The notes beneath the pieces were generated by a model. That model was given only the letters and a program-made list of their open reading frames with translations. It searched no databases and was not told where the DNA came from. DNA of 50,100 nucleotides, filler included, from Yuukianura sp. NJ FZ-2021 (lineage: Eukaryota), in assembly GCA_046563655.1 (NCBI GenBank). It is 2 parts of 2 records of this genome, joined end to end, with 100 filler letters (N's around TTAATTAATTAA, not from the genome) between each part and the next. Parts side by side here need not be neighbours in the genome. Positions count along the whole stretch, not along the records: positions 25,101 to 50,100 come from JAJCTO010000020.1; 1 more part is not named here. One strand, given 5' to 3'. How positions within the stretch are numbered: the stretch's first letter is position 1; each line of letters starts with the position of its first letter. Position numbers and translations under genes: made by a program. Shown here one piece after another: positions 37,101-48,752 of the stretch.

Positions 37101-40100
37101 TGCGTCAGATGTTATGTGAAAAATTGCTTTACACTGGTTTCAAAAAACCGTGCAAAAATCATAAACTGTCAATGTATAACTAACAAGTCCGTATAGCGTA
37201 AAAGTTGAAAATTCTTCAAAAGCCTTATATCCCTTCCACGATGGTTCTGCGTCAGATGTTAGGTGAAAAATTGCTTTACACTGGTTTCAAAAAACCGTGT
37301 AAAAATTATAAAATGTCAATGTATTACTACCAAGCCTCTATAGCGTAAAAGTTGAAAATTCTTCAAAGGCCTTACATCCATTCCACGATGATTCTGCGTC
37401 AGATGTTAGGTGAAAAATTGCTTTACACTGGTTTCAAAAAACAGTGTGAAAATCATAAAATGTCAATGTATAACTAGCAAGTCCGTATAGCGTAAAAGTT
37501 GAAAATTCTTCGAAAGCCATATATCCCTTCTACCATGATTCTGCGTCAGATGCTACATGACAAATTGCTTTACGTTGGTTTCAAAAAACCGTATGAAAAT
37601 CATAAAATGTCAATGTATTACTACCAAGTCCATATAGCGTAAAAGTTGAAAATTCTTCAAAAGCCTTATATCCCTTCCACGATGATTCTGCGTCAAATGT
37701 TATGTGAAAAATTGCTTTGCACTGGTATCAAAAAACCGTGTGAAAATCATAAAACGGCAATGTATTACTACCAAGTCTCTATAGCGTAAAAGTTGAAAAT
37801 TCTTCAAAGGCCTTATATCCCTTCGACGATGATTCCGAGTCAGATGTTAGGTGACAAATTGCTTTAAATTTATTTTACATACACTGGTTTCAAAAAACCG
37901 TGTGTAATTATAAAATGTCAATGTATAACGAGCAAGTCCGTATAGCGTAAAAGTTGAAAATTCTTCAAAAGCCTTATATCCCTTCCACGATGGTTCTGCG
38001 TCAGATGTTATGTGAAAAATTGCTTTACACTGGTTTCAAAAAACCGTGCAAAAATCATAAACTGTCAATGTATTACTACCAAGTCCCTATAGCGTAAAAG
38101 TTGAAAATTCTTCAAAGGCCTTATATCCCTTCGACGATGATTCTGCGTCAGATGTTAGGTGACAAATTGCTTTAAATTTATTTTACATACACTGGTTTCA
38201 AAAAACCGTGTGTAATTATAAAATGTCAATGTATAACTAGCAAGTCCTTATAGCGTAAAAGTTGAAAATTCTTCGAAAGCCATATATCCCTTCCACCATG
38301 ATTCTGCGTCAGATGCTACATGACAAATTGCTTTACGTTGGTTTCAAAAAACCGTATGAAAATCATAAAATGTCAATGTATTACTACCAAGTCCCTATAG
38401 CGTAAAAGTTGAAAATTCTTCAAAAGCCTTATATCCCTTCCACGATGATTCTGCGTCAGATGTTATGTGAAAAATTGCTTTACACTGGTTTCAAAAAACC
38501 GTGCAAAAATCATAAACTGTCAATGTATAACTAACAAGTCCGTATAGCGTAAAAGTTGAAAATTCTTCAAAAGCCTTATATCCCTTCCACGATGGTTCTG
38601 CGTCAGATGTTAGGTGAAAAATTGCTTTACACTGGTTTCAAAAAACCGTGTAAAAATTATAAAATGTCAATGTATTACTACCAAGCCTCTATAGCGTAAA
38701 AGTTGAAAATTCTTCAAAGGCCTTACATCCATTCCACGATGATTCTGCGTCAGATGTTAGGTGAAAAATTGCTTTACACTGGTTTCAAAAAACAGTGTGA
38801 AAATCATAAAATGTCAATGTATAACTAGCAAGTCCGTATAGCGTAAAAGTTGAAAATTCTTCGAAAGCCATATATCCCTTCTACCATGATTCTGCGTCAG
38901 ATGCTACATGACAAATTGCTTTACGTTGGTTTCAAAAAACCGTATGAAAATCATAAAATGTCAATGTATTACTACCAAGTCCATATAGCGTAAAAGTTGA
39001 AAATTCTTCAAAAGCCTTATATCCCTTCCACGATGATTCTGCGTCAAATGTTATGTGAAAAATTGCTTTGCACTGGTATCAAAAAACCGTGTGAAAATCA
39101 TAAAACGGCAATGTATTACTACCAAGTCTCTATAGCGTAAAAGTTGAAAATTCTTCAAAGGCCTTATATCCCTTCGACGATGATTCCGAGTCAGATGTTA
39201 GGTGACAAATTGCTTTAAATTTATTTTACATACACTGGTTTCAAAAAACCGTGTGTAATTATAAAATGTCAATGTATAACGAGCAAGTCCGTATAGCGTA
39301 AAAGTTGAAAATTCTTCAAAAGCCTTATATCCCTTCCACGATGGTTCTGCGTCAGATGTTATGTGAAAAATTGCTTTACACTGGTTTCAAAAAACCGTGC
39401 AAAAATCATAAACTGTCAATGTATTACTACCAAGTCCCTATAGCGTAAAAGTTGAAAATTCTTCAAAGGCCTTATATCCCTTCGACGATGATTCTGCGTC
39501 AGATGTTAGGTGACAAATTGCTTTAAATTTATTTTACATACACTGGTTTCAAAAAACCGTGTGTAATTATAAAATGTCAATGTATAACTAGCAAGTCCTT
39601 ATAGCGTAAAAGTTGAAAATTCTTCGAAAGCCATATATCCCTTCCACCATGATTCTGCGTCAGATGCTACATGACAAATTGCTTTACGTTGGTTTCAAAA
39701 AACCGTATGAAAATCATAAAATGTCAATGTATTACTACCAAGTCCCTATAGCGTAAAAGTTGAAAATTCTTCAAAAGCCTTATATCCCTTCCACGATGAT
39801 TCTGCGTCAGATGTTATGTGAAAAATTGCTTTACACTGGTTTCAAAAAACCGTGCAAAAATCATAAACTGTCAATGTATAACTAACAAGTCCGTATAGCG
39901 TAAAAGTTGAAAATTCTTCAAAAGCCTTATATCCCTTCCACGATGGTTCTGCGTCAGATGTTAGGTGAAAAATTGCTTTACACTGGTTTCAAAAAACCGT
40001 GTAAAAATTATAAAATGTCAATGTATTACTACCAAGCCTCTATAGCGTAAAAGTTGAAAATTCTTCAAAGGCTTTACATCCATTCCACGATGATTCTGCG

Positions 40101-40514
40101 TCAGATGTTAGGTGAAAAATTGCTTTACACTGGTTTCAAAAAACAGTGTGAAAATCATAAAATGTCAATGTATAACTAGCAAGTCCGTATAGCGTAAAAG
40201 TTGAAAATTCTTCGAAAGCCATATATCCCTTCCACCATGATTCTGCGTCAGACGCTACATGACAAATTGCTTTACGTTGGTTTCAAAAAACCGTATGAAA
40301 ATCATAAAATGTCAATGTATTACTTCCAAGTCCCTATAGCGTAAAAGTTGAAAATTCTTCAAAAGCCTTATATCCCTTCCACGATGATTCTGCGTCAGAT
40401 GCTACATGACAAAATGCTTTACGTTGGTTTCAAAAAACCGTATGAAAATCATAAAATGTCAATGTATTACTACCAAGTCCCTATAGCGTAAAAGTTGAAA
40501 ATTCTTCAAAAGCC
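25101..40514. repeat. AT-rich satellite array, 147-bp monomer (161-162-bp variant), about 103 monomers, with higher-order repeats
   Basis: TTGAAAA anchor at 25101, 25248, 25395 and onward. The long variant carries an AATTTATTTTACATA insert and recurs at about 749, 1043 and 308+1043-bp spacings. Confidence 0.97.
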
Positions 40515-41079
40515 TGAGGGGTTGCAATGCCCCGACGACTGGCACACAGGCCACTCGAACAATAAAGTGGGGCAGAGGTCACGACAATGGCTACAAATGG
40601 ACAATGAACTTTATTTACAGTAATTAGGATAGAGTTTACGGTCTAATGAGGGCCAAATGTTGAATTGATGAAGTGTAGAGGTTGGTGGGGCTCGGTCCTG
40701 TGCAGGATTGACCAGGTACTGGTCCGGTGGGGCTTGTAGAGGTCAGTCCGGGTCACAACAGTAGTTCCGGCGTGGTCCAGTGGCCAATCCAAGATGGAGG
40801 AGACGTGGAGAGAGAGACGGGACAAGATCCGGGCAGAGTGACGAGTAGGGAGAGACTGTGTGGAGGAAGAAGTGGACAGTGGTGATGATGATGATGACGG
40901 GATGCGTGTCCAAGTGATGGATGATGCAACTTCCCGTGCATCTGATTGGTGGGCGAGTGGTTTTGGTGGTGAGGACGTGGAGTTGTTGTTGTGCTGCTGC
41001 TGGAAGGACGAAGGGGGAGAAGAAGGGGGAAAGGGAACCGAAGTGGCTATGGGAGGATTTGTGGGGAATAACCCCCACA
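40515..41079 (-). repeat. Putative 3' LTR, about 565 bp
   Basis: On the minus strand it starts TGTGGGGGTT and ends AACCCCTCA (TG...CA with short imperfect terminal IR). AATAAA at 40615-40610. Only a weak purine tract (GGGGA) precedes it, so the inner boundary is unconfirmed without the second LTR. Confidence 0.6.
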
Positions 41080-41131
41080 GGTCCCCAACGACCTGGAGAC
41101 GTCCCGGCGACATTTGAAGAAGACGTGGGGG

Positions 41132-42325
41132 TTATTTTGGTGGAGCTGGAGGATCTCGGCGTTTTGGGGAATTCTTCCTCGGCGGAGGTGGAGCATTGGC
41201 CGAGTTCAGGGCCCACCAACGAGCACGTCTCTGCTGCCGATTCGGAGCTGGTGGATTAGGTGGGACAGGGGGAAAACGTCCTTGTACAGGAGCTGGGGGA
41301 GCTGAAGCTGCTGGAGCTGAAACTACTGGAGCTGGGGGAGGGGTTAAAATTGGAGTTGGTGGGGAGTTGAAAGTGAAGGTAACAGAAGTTGCTGAATTCG
41401 GGAGAAGGGTGTAGTAGGGGAAATATCCGGGGGGAATTGATGAAAATGGGAATTGTGAAGCGGCCGAAGTGACAGGAACGGTAATTGAAGTTGAAGTGGA
41501 CGGAATTGGTGAAGTTGAAGAAGTGGCTGGAGAAACTGGACGTGAATTTGGAGAAAGTGGCCGAATCTGGGGAGAAGCTGAGCGATTTCGGGGAGGAGCT
41601 GGACGAGCGTTGTATGGAGAAGGCCGATTGGAACGGAATTGAGCTCGAACAGGGGGAACAGATTTTGATGAAGTGCTGGGTCCAGGGTTTTGGGGGTTTT
41701 TAGGGGTTCTTGGGGACAAGGAAACATTTGACATTTTGCGTGTCAAAGCTGTAGGGGAGCTGGATCGCGAACGACCAACTGGGGGTTGTTTTGGGGGTCC
41801 GTTTGGAAACTGCAAATCCAGAAGCGAGGGAATCTTCGCAGATCCATGACGCTGAGCCTGTAGCTTCGATTTTGGGGCTGGGTCACGAGGACGACGAAAC
41901 GTGGCAGAATCCTGGGACTTGGGGGGAACAACCACGACGACCGAAGCAAGTCTTGGGCGTGGCGCTGGAGGAGGAGCCGAAACCATGTCCTGGAGTGACT
42001 TTTGGGGGGAATTCGGTTGGAAGCTGCTAGAGCTTGGGGAAAACAACTGCCGATTGAGCTTTTTCGGGGATTTTGGAGGGGAAGCAGCAGCAGTGGGCAT
42101 ATCCCAGTCGTCATCCGGAATCGGTGCAATGGCAGGCGTAGAAATTGGAGCAGCAATGACGGTAGGAGACGGAGACGAAGACGAAGATGAAGAAGACCGA
42201 GAAACAGCATCATTTTGAGGAGGAGAGTTCAAAAGGTCATCTTCTGCAGCCAAATCGATCTCGGCAATGCCCTCAGAGGCGTCATCTCCTTCGTCCATCA
42301 TGTCATCATCGTGAGGGGGGTCCAT
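41132..42325 (-). CDS. Retrotransposon accessory ORF3 (397 aa, acidic N-terminus, Pro/Ser-rich, not Env-like)
   Basis: Uninterrupted ATG-initiated ORF between the integrase stop and the 3' LTR, directly preceded by the splice acceptor CTGATGCTGTTCTTTTATATATTTTTAG. Confidence 0.7.
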   Translation of the reverse strand: MDPPHDDDMMDEGDDASEGIAEIDLAAEDDLLNSPPQNDAVSRSSSSSSSSPSPTVIAAPISTPAIAPIPDDDWDMPTAAASPPKSPKKLNRQLFSPSSSSFQPNSPQKSLQDMVSAPPPAPRPRLASVVVVVPPKSQDSATFRRPRDPAPKSKLQAQRHGSAKIPSLLDLQFPNGPPKQPPVGRSRSSSPTALTRKMSNVSLSPRTPKNPQNPGPSTSSKSVPPVRAQFRSNRPSPYNARPAPPRNRSASPQIRPLSPNSRPVSPATSSTSPIPSTSTSITVPVTSAASQFPFSSIPPGYFPYYTLLPNSATSVTFTFNSPPTPILTPPPAPVVSAPAASAPPAPVQGRFPPVPPNPPAPNRQQRRARWWALNSANAPPPPRKNSPKRRDPPAPPK

Positions 42326-42369
42326 CTAAAAATATATAAAAAGAACAGCATCAGTATTTAATTACTGAG

Positions 42370-45300
42370 TCAGCGCTTCTTTGGCTTCGCAAGGCGGGAA
42401 ATGCAAGACAGAGCTTTAGTGTAAGCCGCGCGTTTCGGACGACTAGAAATCGGGGTTTTTACGCTGGCAGGGGCGCAAAATACGGGGATTTCACTCGCAA
42501 CGGGATGCAGGGTATCCTGGGCGAGTAAAATTGGTGGAATTAGGATTTCTGGGTCACGGCTTTGATTTTGGTCATTTAAGTCAACATTAGGGGGGTCAGA
42601 ATTTTGGTTTGGCGTTACGGGAAGCGTAAGAGGGTCATTTTGCTCAGTCGGAATTGGCAATTTTGGTAATGTAGAGGACAAATCAGGGTCAGACACTGGA
42701 GGAGGGACAAAATCGTTATCAGACGACTCAGAGGAACTACTGTCTGCATCAGACGTGTCAGAGACACGCTGATGATAAGGTTTAAGGCGCTGAACGTTCA
42801 CGACAGTCTCGTGAGGCTGCCGAGGGGGAACAGAAGTAATTCGAACAGTGCCGTTATGGAGGACGTCAATGACTTTGTAAGGGCCAATCCACTTCTTCGT
42901 AAATTTGCCGACACGACCCTTTTTCCGCTGAAAGTTCCTGAGCAGAACTTTCATACCAACGACATAAGTCGGAAAACGGATCTGTAATTGGGCCTTAACT
43001 CTGAGAAGCTGCTGCTCACGGGATAGCTCGTGGGCTACGTTATTCGCAACAAATAATCGGTCCAGGGCATCGTCGGGCTCTAAATATTCCCGGGGAAGGG
43101 GAACAGCCTGTCAACCGGCAAAACCGGCTCCCTACCAAAGACCAGAAAATAAGGAGAAAAATTAGTGACACGATGTACTGAACAATTAATGGAAAATACC
43201 GCCCTGGGGAGATGTAGATCCCAATCCTTGTGGTTTTCACTTACGAATTTGGCGATTACTGACTTTACCGTGCCGTTATGTCGTTCACAGACGCCGTTAG
43301 ACTTGGGATGATAGGAAGTCGTGGATCTGTGTTCAATGGCGTGGAGGGAAAGGAAATCTTCAAATTCGTCGGAAAGGAAAACCGTACCACGGTCTGACAG
43401 AATGATTTTGGGAATTCCGTGGCGAAAAAGGACGTGTTTGTTAAGTACTTTAATCGCTTGAGCAGAATCTGCTGCGGGAACTGGCCAGGCTTCTACGTAA
43501 CGGGTATGGAGATCAATTACTGTCAGAATGTACTTGTTACGTCTCGCTGTGACGGGGAATGGGCCTAAGTAGTCTAGGGCAATGGTGTGGAATGGAATGG
43601 CGGGAACGTCAAGACCAGCGCTATTTGGCGGGAGAGCAAAATTCCGTCTATTATGGATCTGACACAAGTGGCACGACGTGACAAATTTCACCACATCGCG
43701 ATACATCCGGGGCCAATAAAACCTGGAGCGTAGAAGATGCCAAGTCTTGTGTAAGCCGAGGTGGCTAAGGGAGTCGTTATGTACGGATTCCATGGACGAT
43801 TTTCGGAGGGATTTCGGGAGACAAAGACGCCAGAGATTTCCAAATTCCGAGTAGTTCATCCGGTACAAAATGCCATCACGAAGACTGTACTCTCTCAATT
43901 TCTTGGGTTCGGGCAAATTATGGGAAGTACCAGATTGTTCTGCTTTCAAATACTCAATGACAGGAAGCCATTCTGGCTCTTTAAGCTGGAGATCTTTCAG
44001 TTTTGCATCTCTAACTCTTCGTGGGGATTCAGGGGAAACCGCTAAGGCCAGAAGATGATGTTCAATGGCCAAATGGTCTGTGTCAGAGGGGGCTGGGTCA
44101 ACTGGGTTACGGGAAAGGGGATCAGCATCGGTGTGAACACGACCACTCTTATGAATTACGGTAAAATCATAAGGTTGGAGGGCTAAAGACCAACGGGAAA
44201 TTTGGCCATAGGGGTCTTTAAATTTTAGCATGTCACAAAGGGAATGGTGGTCAGTGACAACTTTAAAATGACGGCCGTATAAATACGGTCGAAATTTCTC
44301 TACAGCCCAAACAAAAGCCTTCATTTCCAATTGGGGGGTTCCAAATTTTGGATTCGGAGGGGGAAACCGCTCTGGAAGCATAAGCAACCACTCTCTCTTT
44401 TCCGTCCTGAATTTGGCAAAGGGTCGCTCCAAAACCGAGTCCAGACGCATCACAATGGACGGACGTTTCGGCTTCTTCATCAGGGAACGCAAGGACAGGG
44501 GGAGATGTTAATTTGTCTTTTAGCGTCTGAAACGCTGTTTCGGCTTCGGGGTTCCAATGGAAAGGGGTACCACGTTTCGCAGCAACGAGAAGATGAAGGG
44601 GACGGGCAATTTCGGCAAAACCCTCGATAAATCGGCGATAGTAACTGCAAAGACCAATGAAGGAACGGACACCTCTAACAGTCGTGGGAGTAGGGAATTC
44701 ACGAACTGCTTTTGTTTTGTTGGGGTCAACTGCAATTCCATTTCTGGAAACAATATGGCCAAGGAATTTTAGGGAATCTTCGCCAAAGTTACACTTTTTG
44801 GGTTTAAGACTCAGACCAGCTCTTCTAAGGGCACAAAAAATTTGGGCTAAGTGATCCAAATGCTCTTCAAAAGTTCGGGAGTAGCAAACCACATCGTCTA
44901 AATAAACGAGTGCTATGGACCACTTCAAACGACCTAAGACATTGTCAATTAGGCGTTGCCAAGTAGCGGGGGCATTGGTCAAACCAAAGGGCATTACAAC
45001 GAACTCATATTGTCCGTCGGGGGTCACAAAACTGGTCTTTTCTCGGTCCTCAGGCTCCACTTCAACCTGGTAATACGCTTGGTCACAATCCATGGAGGAA
45101 AAATACTTGGCGCCATTAAGTCTGTCGAGGGTATCATCAATTCGGGGAAGGGGGTAAGAATCTTTCCGAGTCACTGCGTTGACCTTACGAAAGTCAACAC
45201 AAAACCGCCAACTTTCGTCGGGCTTTTTGACCAGAAGGACTGGGGAACACCAAGGGCTATCGCTCGGAGTAATAGCATTGAGATTCAAAAGACGCTCGAC

Positions 45301-47438
45301 TTGGTTTTGAATTTCCCTCCGCTCTGTAAATCCGGTTCTGTGGGGATGGGAAGCAATCGGTTTAGCAGAACCTGTGTCGATTTTGTGGGTGGTTAGGTGA
45401 GTACGGCCAAGGGTAGCAGGATCAAAATTGAAAACATCCAAATTCGCTACAAGAAAATCTTGCATAATTTGGCGCTGTTCAGGGGTTAGGGAATTTGAAA
45501 TCTGGAACGCCTCGATCCTCTTTTGCAGTTTCAGTGTTGCTATTTCAGCGTCATCATTAACCGAAAGTCCTAAGATCTCGTGCGCTGGGAGGGAAGATTG
45601 GGAGGATTTAGAGCTAACATGGTCGAATTCATCAAGGTCACAGAGTACGGAAGACTCTGCGAAGGGTTCGAAGGTGCCAATAGAGATGTTTTGAAGAAGT
45701 TTCACAGGGCGGTCACTCAAATTCCACAAGAACGTAACTCCGCTGCCATCTTTAAGCGTAGAAATGGAATTCCCAATGGCAATATGTTTTGCGTGTTGGA
45801 GCTCACGACGAGGGGAAACCAAAATGTCTCCGGTGAAAGGTAAATCAGTTTTTACACTGACTCGTTTCATTGTTCTTGGGTTAATGAGGATTGACCTGGC
45901 CAGTCTCAGGCACGGAGGGGAGTAGAATTTTGAGATAAATTCGAATTGCTCACGAAGGACGCTTCGGAGTCAAGTAGGGAAGGGGAATTTGAAGTATCTG
46001 GGGACTGAGATGAATTCAGAGCCATGTCAATAGCTAGAGGGTTTTGGTTTTTGGGACTGGCTGTACATTTGGGAGGGATCGACTTTGGTTCTGCTTCCGA
46101 AGACTTTGGAATACTGGGACTATCAGAAACTTCTTCAGTTTCTGACAAAGTTAATTTGTTAAGGACAGGGACTTGGGATTTTGGAATACAAACATACTCA
46201 TTTCTGAGGTCAGTACACGGAAGTTCACCTTTTACAAGGCGCTCATTCGCGGGATCCAAGAGAAAATGTTGGGAACGGAGGAAATCTGAACCCAAAACGA
46301 TCTCATTTGAAAGGTGCTGGAAAATGTAAAAGGGGTATTGGAAGGAGACGCCAGCAATTGAGAAAGTGATCATTGTGGTTTGGGGGGAACCACAACGAAC
46401 GTAAGAACCAAAAGAAAGTTTGACTCGAACAGGTTGAACATCAACCGCTTGGGAAACAATATTGGGGAACCTCCTTAGAAAATCAGGGTGGACACAACAA
46501 AGAGAAGCACCTGTATCACACAGGACTCGAAGAGTCGTAGAACCAAAGACAACATCGGTATGGAAAGTAGAATGGGGGGTGGAGTCAATTCCGGAAATGA
46601 ACTTTGCAGCTGAGATTCCCGAAGGAAACTCGGAATCGTGACTTGGGGACTTAGGTGGGGAATCAAAATCGAAAGAAGTGGGATCTGGAACTTTGGAATT
46701 TGCAGCTGAGAACTCAGGGGCGGAATAATTTACCCAGTCAGCGACTCGGCTTACATTGGAGGGGCTAATGCCAAATTTGGAAGTGAGAGAAACGGCTAGT
46801 GGGTTGAGTTGAGTAGGGCCACACACAAAAGCGGAAGGGCAAGGTTCAGAAGGGCCAACACAAACAGAAACAAACTTTGGTACTGCAGCGGTAGGTTGAG
46901 TAGGGGGAAGAACAGAAGTAGTAGTAGCGGCGGCGGTTGTAGTTGTAGTTGTAGGTCCCAGAAGGGAAGTAGGATTAGTAGCGGCGGAGTTACGAAGAGA
47001 AGTAGGGACTGTAGGGACTGCAGCGTCAGAACAAAAGTTTGGGAAGGTTGTAGTAGCCTCCCCAACGACCAAAGGTGAAATAGGCTGGGGATTTGATTTA
47101 GGACAAGTTCGGTGGTGGTCAAAAAGAGCTTGTAGTTTGGAAAGAAACTCTTCTGGAATAATGGGAATTTTAGAATTGTGCTTCCTGCCAAAAGCTGAAC
47201 AATTCTTGTGGGTTTGAAATTTAGGTTGTTTGATTTTTCGGGATTTGGGACGTGTTGGACAAACCCTGGGTGGGGCTTGTACCTTAATTTGAGAGACTGG
47301 ATTGGGTGGTAATAGAAGCTGACGTCCCTGCAACGGCAGCTCTATTGGTTTTCCGGAGGTTTTGGAAGTACGGCGGATGCGATGTTTGTAAGAAGATCCG
47401 TCATTGTAGAGAAAGCAGACATCATCGAAGGAACCCAT
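42370..47438 (-). CDS. pol: pol polyprotein (PR, RT, RNase H, integrase with GPY/F tail), split by about 3 single-base frameshifts
   Basis: PR LCDTGAS. RT WRFCVDFRKVN, YPLPRIDD, MPFGLTNAPATWQR, YLDD. RNase H HCDASG, VVAYASR, VVTDHHSL. IN H-H-C-C, LDYLGP, ILSDRG, NGVCER, WIGPYKV. Breaks near 45915, 44345 and 43090. Confidence 0.92.
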
Positions 47439-48740
47439 TGGTTTTCCTGAGCTGGTGGTCCAGTTTGTGGATTTTGAAATGACTGCGGCTGATGTGGGCT
47501 GGTTTGTAGTGGTCTTGAATCAACGTTAGGGAAGGGACGTTGAACAGCTTGGCTATAACTAGCCAGCTGCTGGGGTTGTTGATTATTAGGATTGTTTCGG
47601 GGGCGCAGTGGTCTACAGTTGCGGGTCAAAGGGTCAATGCCTTGGCTCCACCACCATTTGTGACAGTATCGAACAATATGTCCAATATTGTTGCAGTAAT
47701 CGCAAATTGGCTTTCCATCATCAGAACGACGATTCTGTTGTGGAGGGAAAGGGCGATCGGGCTGGGGAGCAGTTTGAACTGCTGGTTGGGTTTGAGCAGG
47801 AGGGCGTTGGTACTGCTGGACTTGGTAGGGAACAGTTGTAGGGAAATTAGCATTTGGAATGGCGGGAGCCATTTGAGTTTCAAGTCCACGAAGAGAAACC
47901 ATTGGATCGGAACTTCCTTTAGAGCGGGTATGGACATCAGCAACTCGTCTCAGGATCTTCTGGAATTCGGAAGGGGTCTGGATATTCTGCATGACAAATG
48001 CTTGTTCCAGCTCGTGTGGGAGACCACGAACTAATTGTTCAACCTTCCGGGATTCTGGCATCATGGGATCAAGTTTGGAAAGAATTTGGATTTTCTCAGC
48101 TACATACTGATCAATGTTGTCCCCTATTTTGAACCGCAGAGCCTTTACTCTGAGCTTTGAAAACCTCCCGTCGCTCTTTAAGGGAAAAATGGGAAACAAA
48201 TTCTTTTTCAAATTTGCTCCAAATGTTTTCTGCGTCTGCGTAGGGAACTTGCAACTGCTCACGGAAATGGGGCCAAATGGAAACAAACCAGGCACTAGCA
48301 ACACCCGTCAACACTCTGTCAAAATGACTAAGCGCTCCGAATGCACCAAAGCCTGATCCGCCCAAGTCGTATTTGTATCGGGCCATGTATTCAGCAGGAT
48401 CGCTCATTCCATCGTACTGTCGAATGTGTTTGAATATCTTGATGTCCTGCTTGCTTGGGTCGGGTGGGGGGAAATTTCGAAAAATTTGGGGAATGGAAGC
48501 TTGTACAGCTGCAGGGCTAGCAATAGTACTTGCTGGGGTGGGGGGTGTAGGAACGAATTGGGCTTGTGTTGGGGCAAAATGAACTGCAGCAGGTTGACCT
48601 TGAGTTGACAAATTGAGAGTAGGAGGAAGAGTCTGGGTAGCAGTATCCATGGGAATTGTAGATTGCGACAAGATATGTTGAGGGGACTGTCCATCTTGTT
48701 GGGGGGTAGAGGCAAATGGTCTCGCAAAGTACGACAACAT
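47342..48740 (-). CDS. gag: gag (capsid plus CCHC zinc knuckle), one frameshift near 48180-48200
   Basis: IRQYDGMSDPAEYM, VLTGVASAWF, WSKFEKEFVSHF, GDNIDQYVAEK...LVRGLP and CDYCNNIGHIVRYC. Confidence 0.85.
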
Positions 48741-48752
48741 TTTTGAAATCGC

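Noticed and set aside
25101..40514. CRISPR-like array
   Set aside because: Whole monomers repeat with no unique spacers, there are no cas genes, and the context is eukaryotic.
40643..41259. Overlapping 60-158-aa ORFs in the LTR region
   Set aside because: Low-complexity products of strand-biased, stop-poor sequence. A frameshifted ORF3 extension cannot be excluded.
41132..42325. env gene
   Set aside because: No signal peptide, fusion peptide, TM anchor or cysteines.
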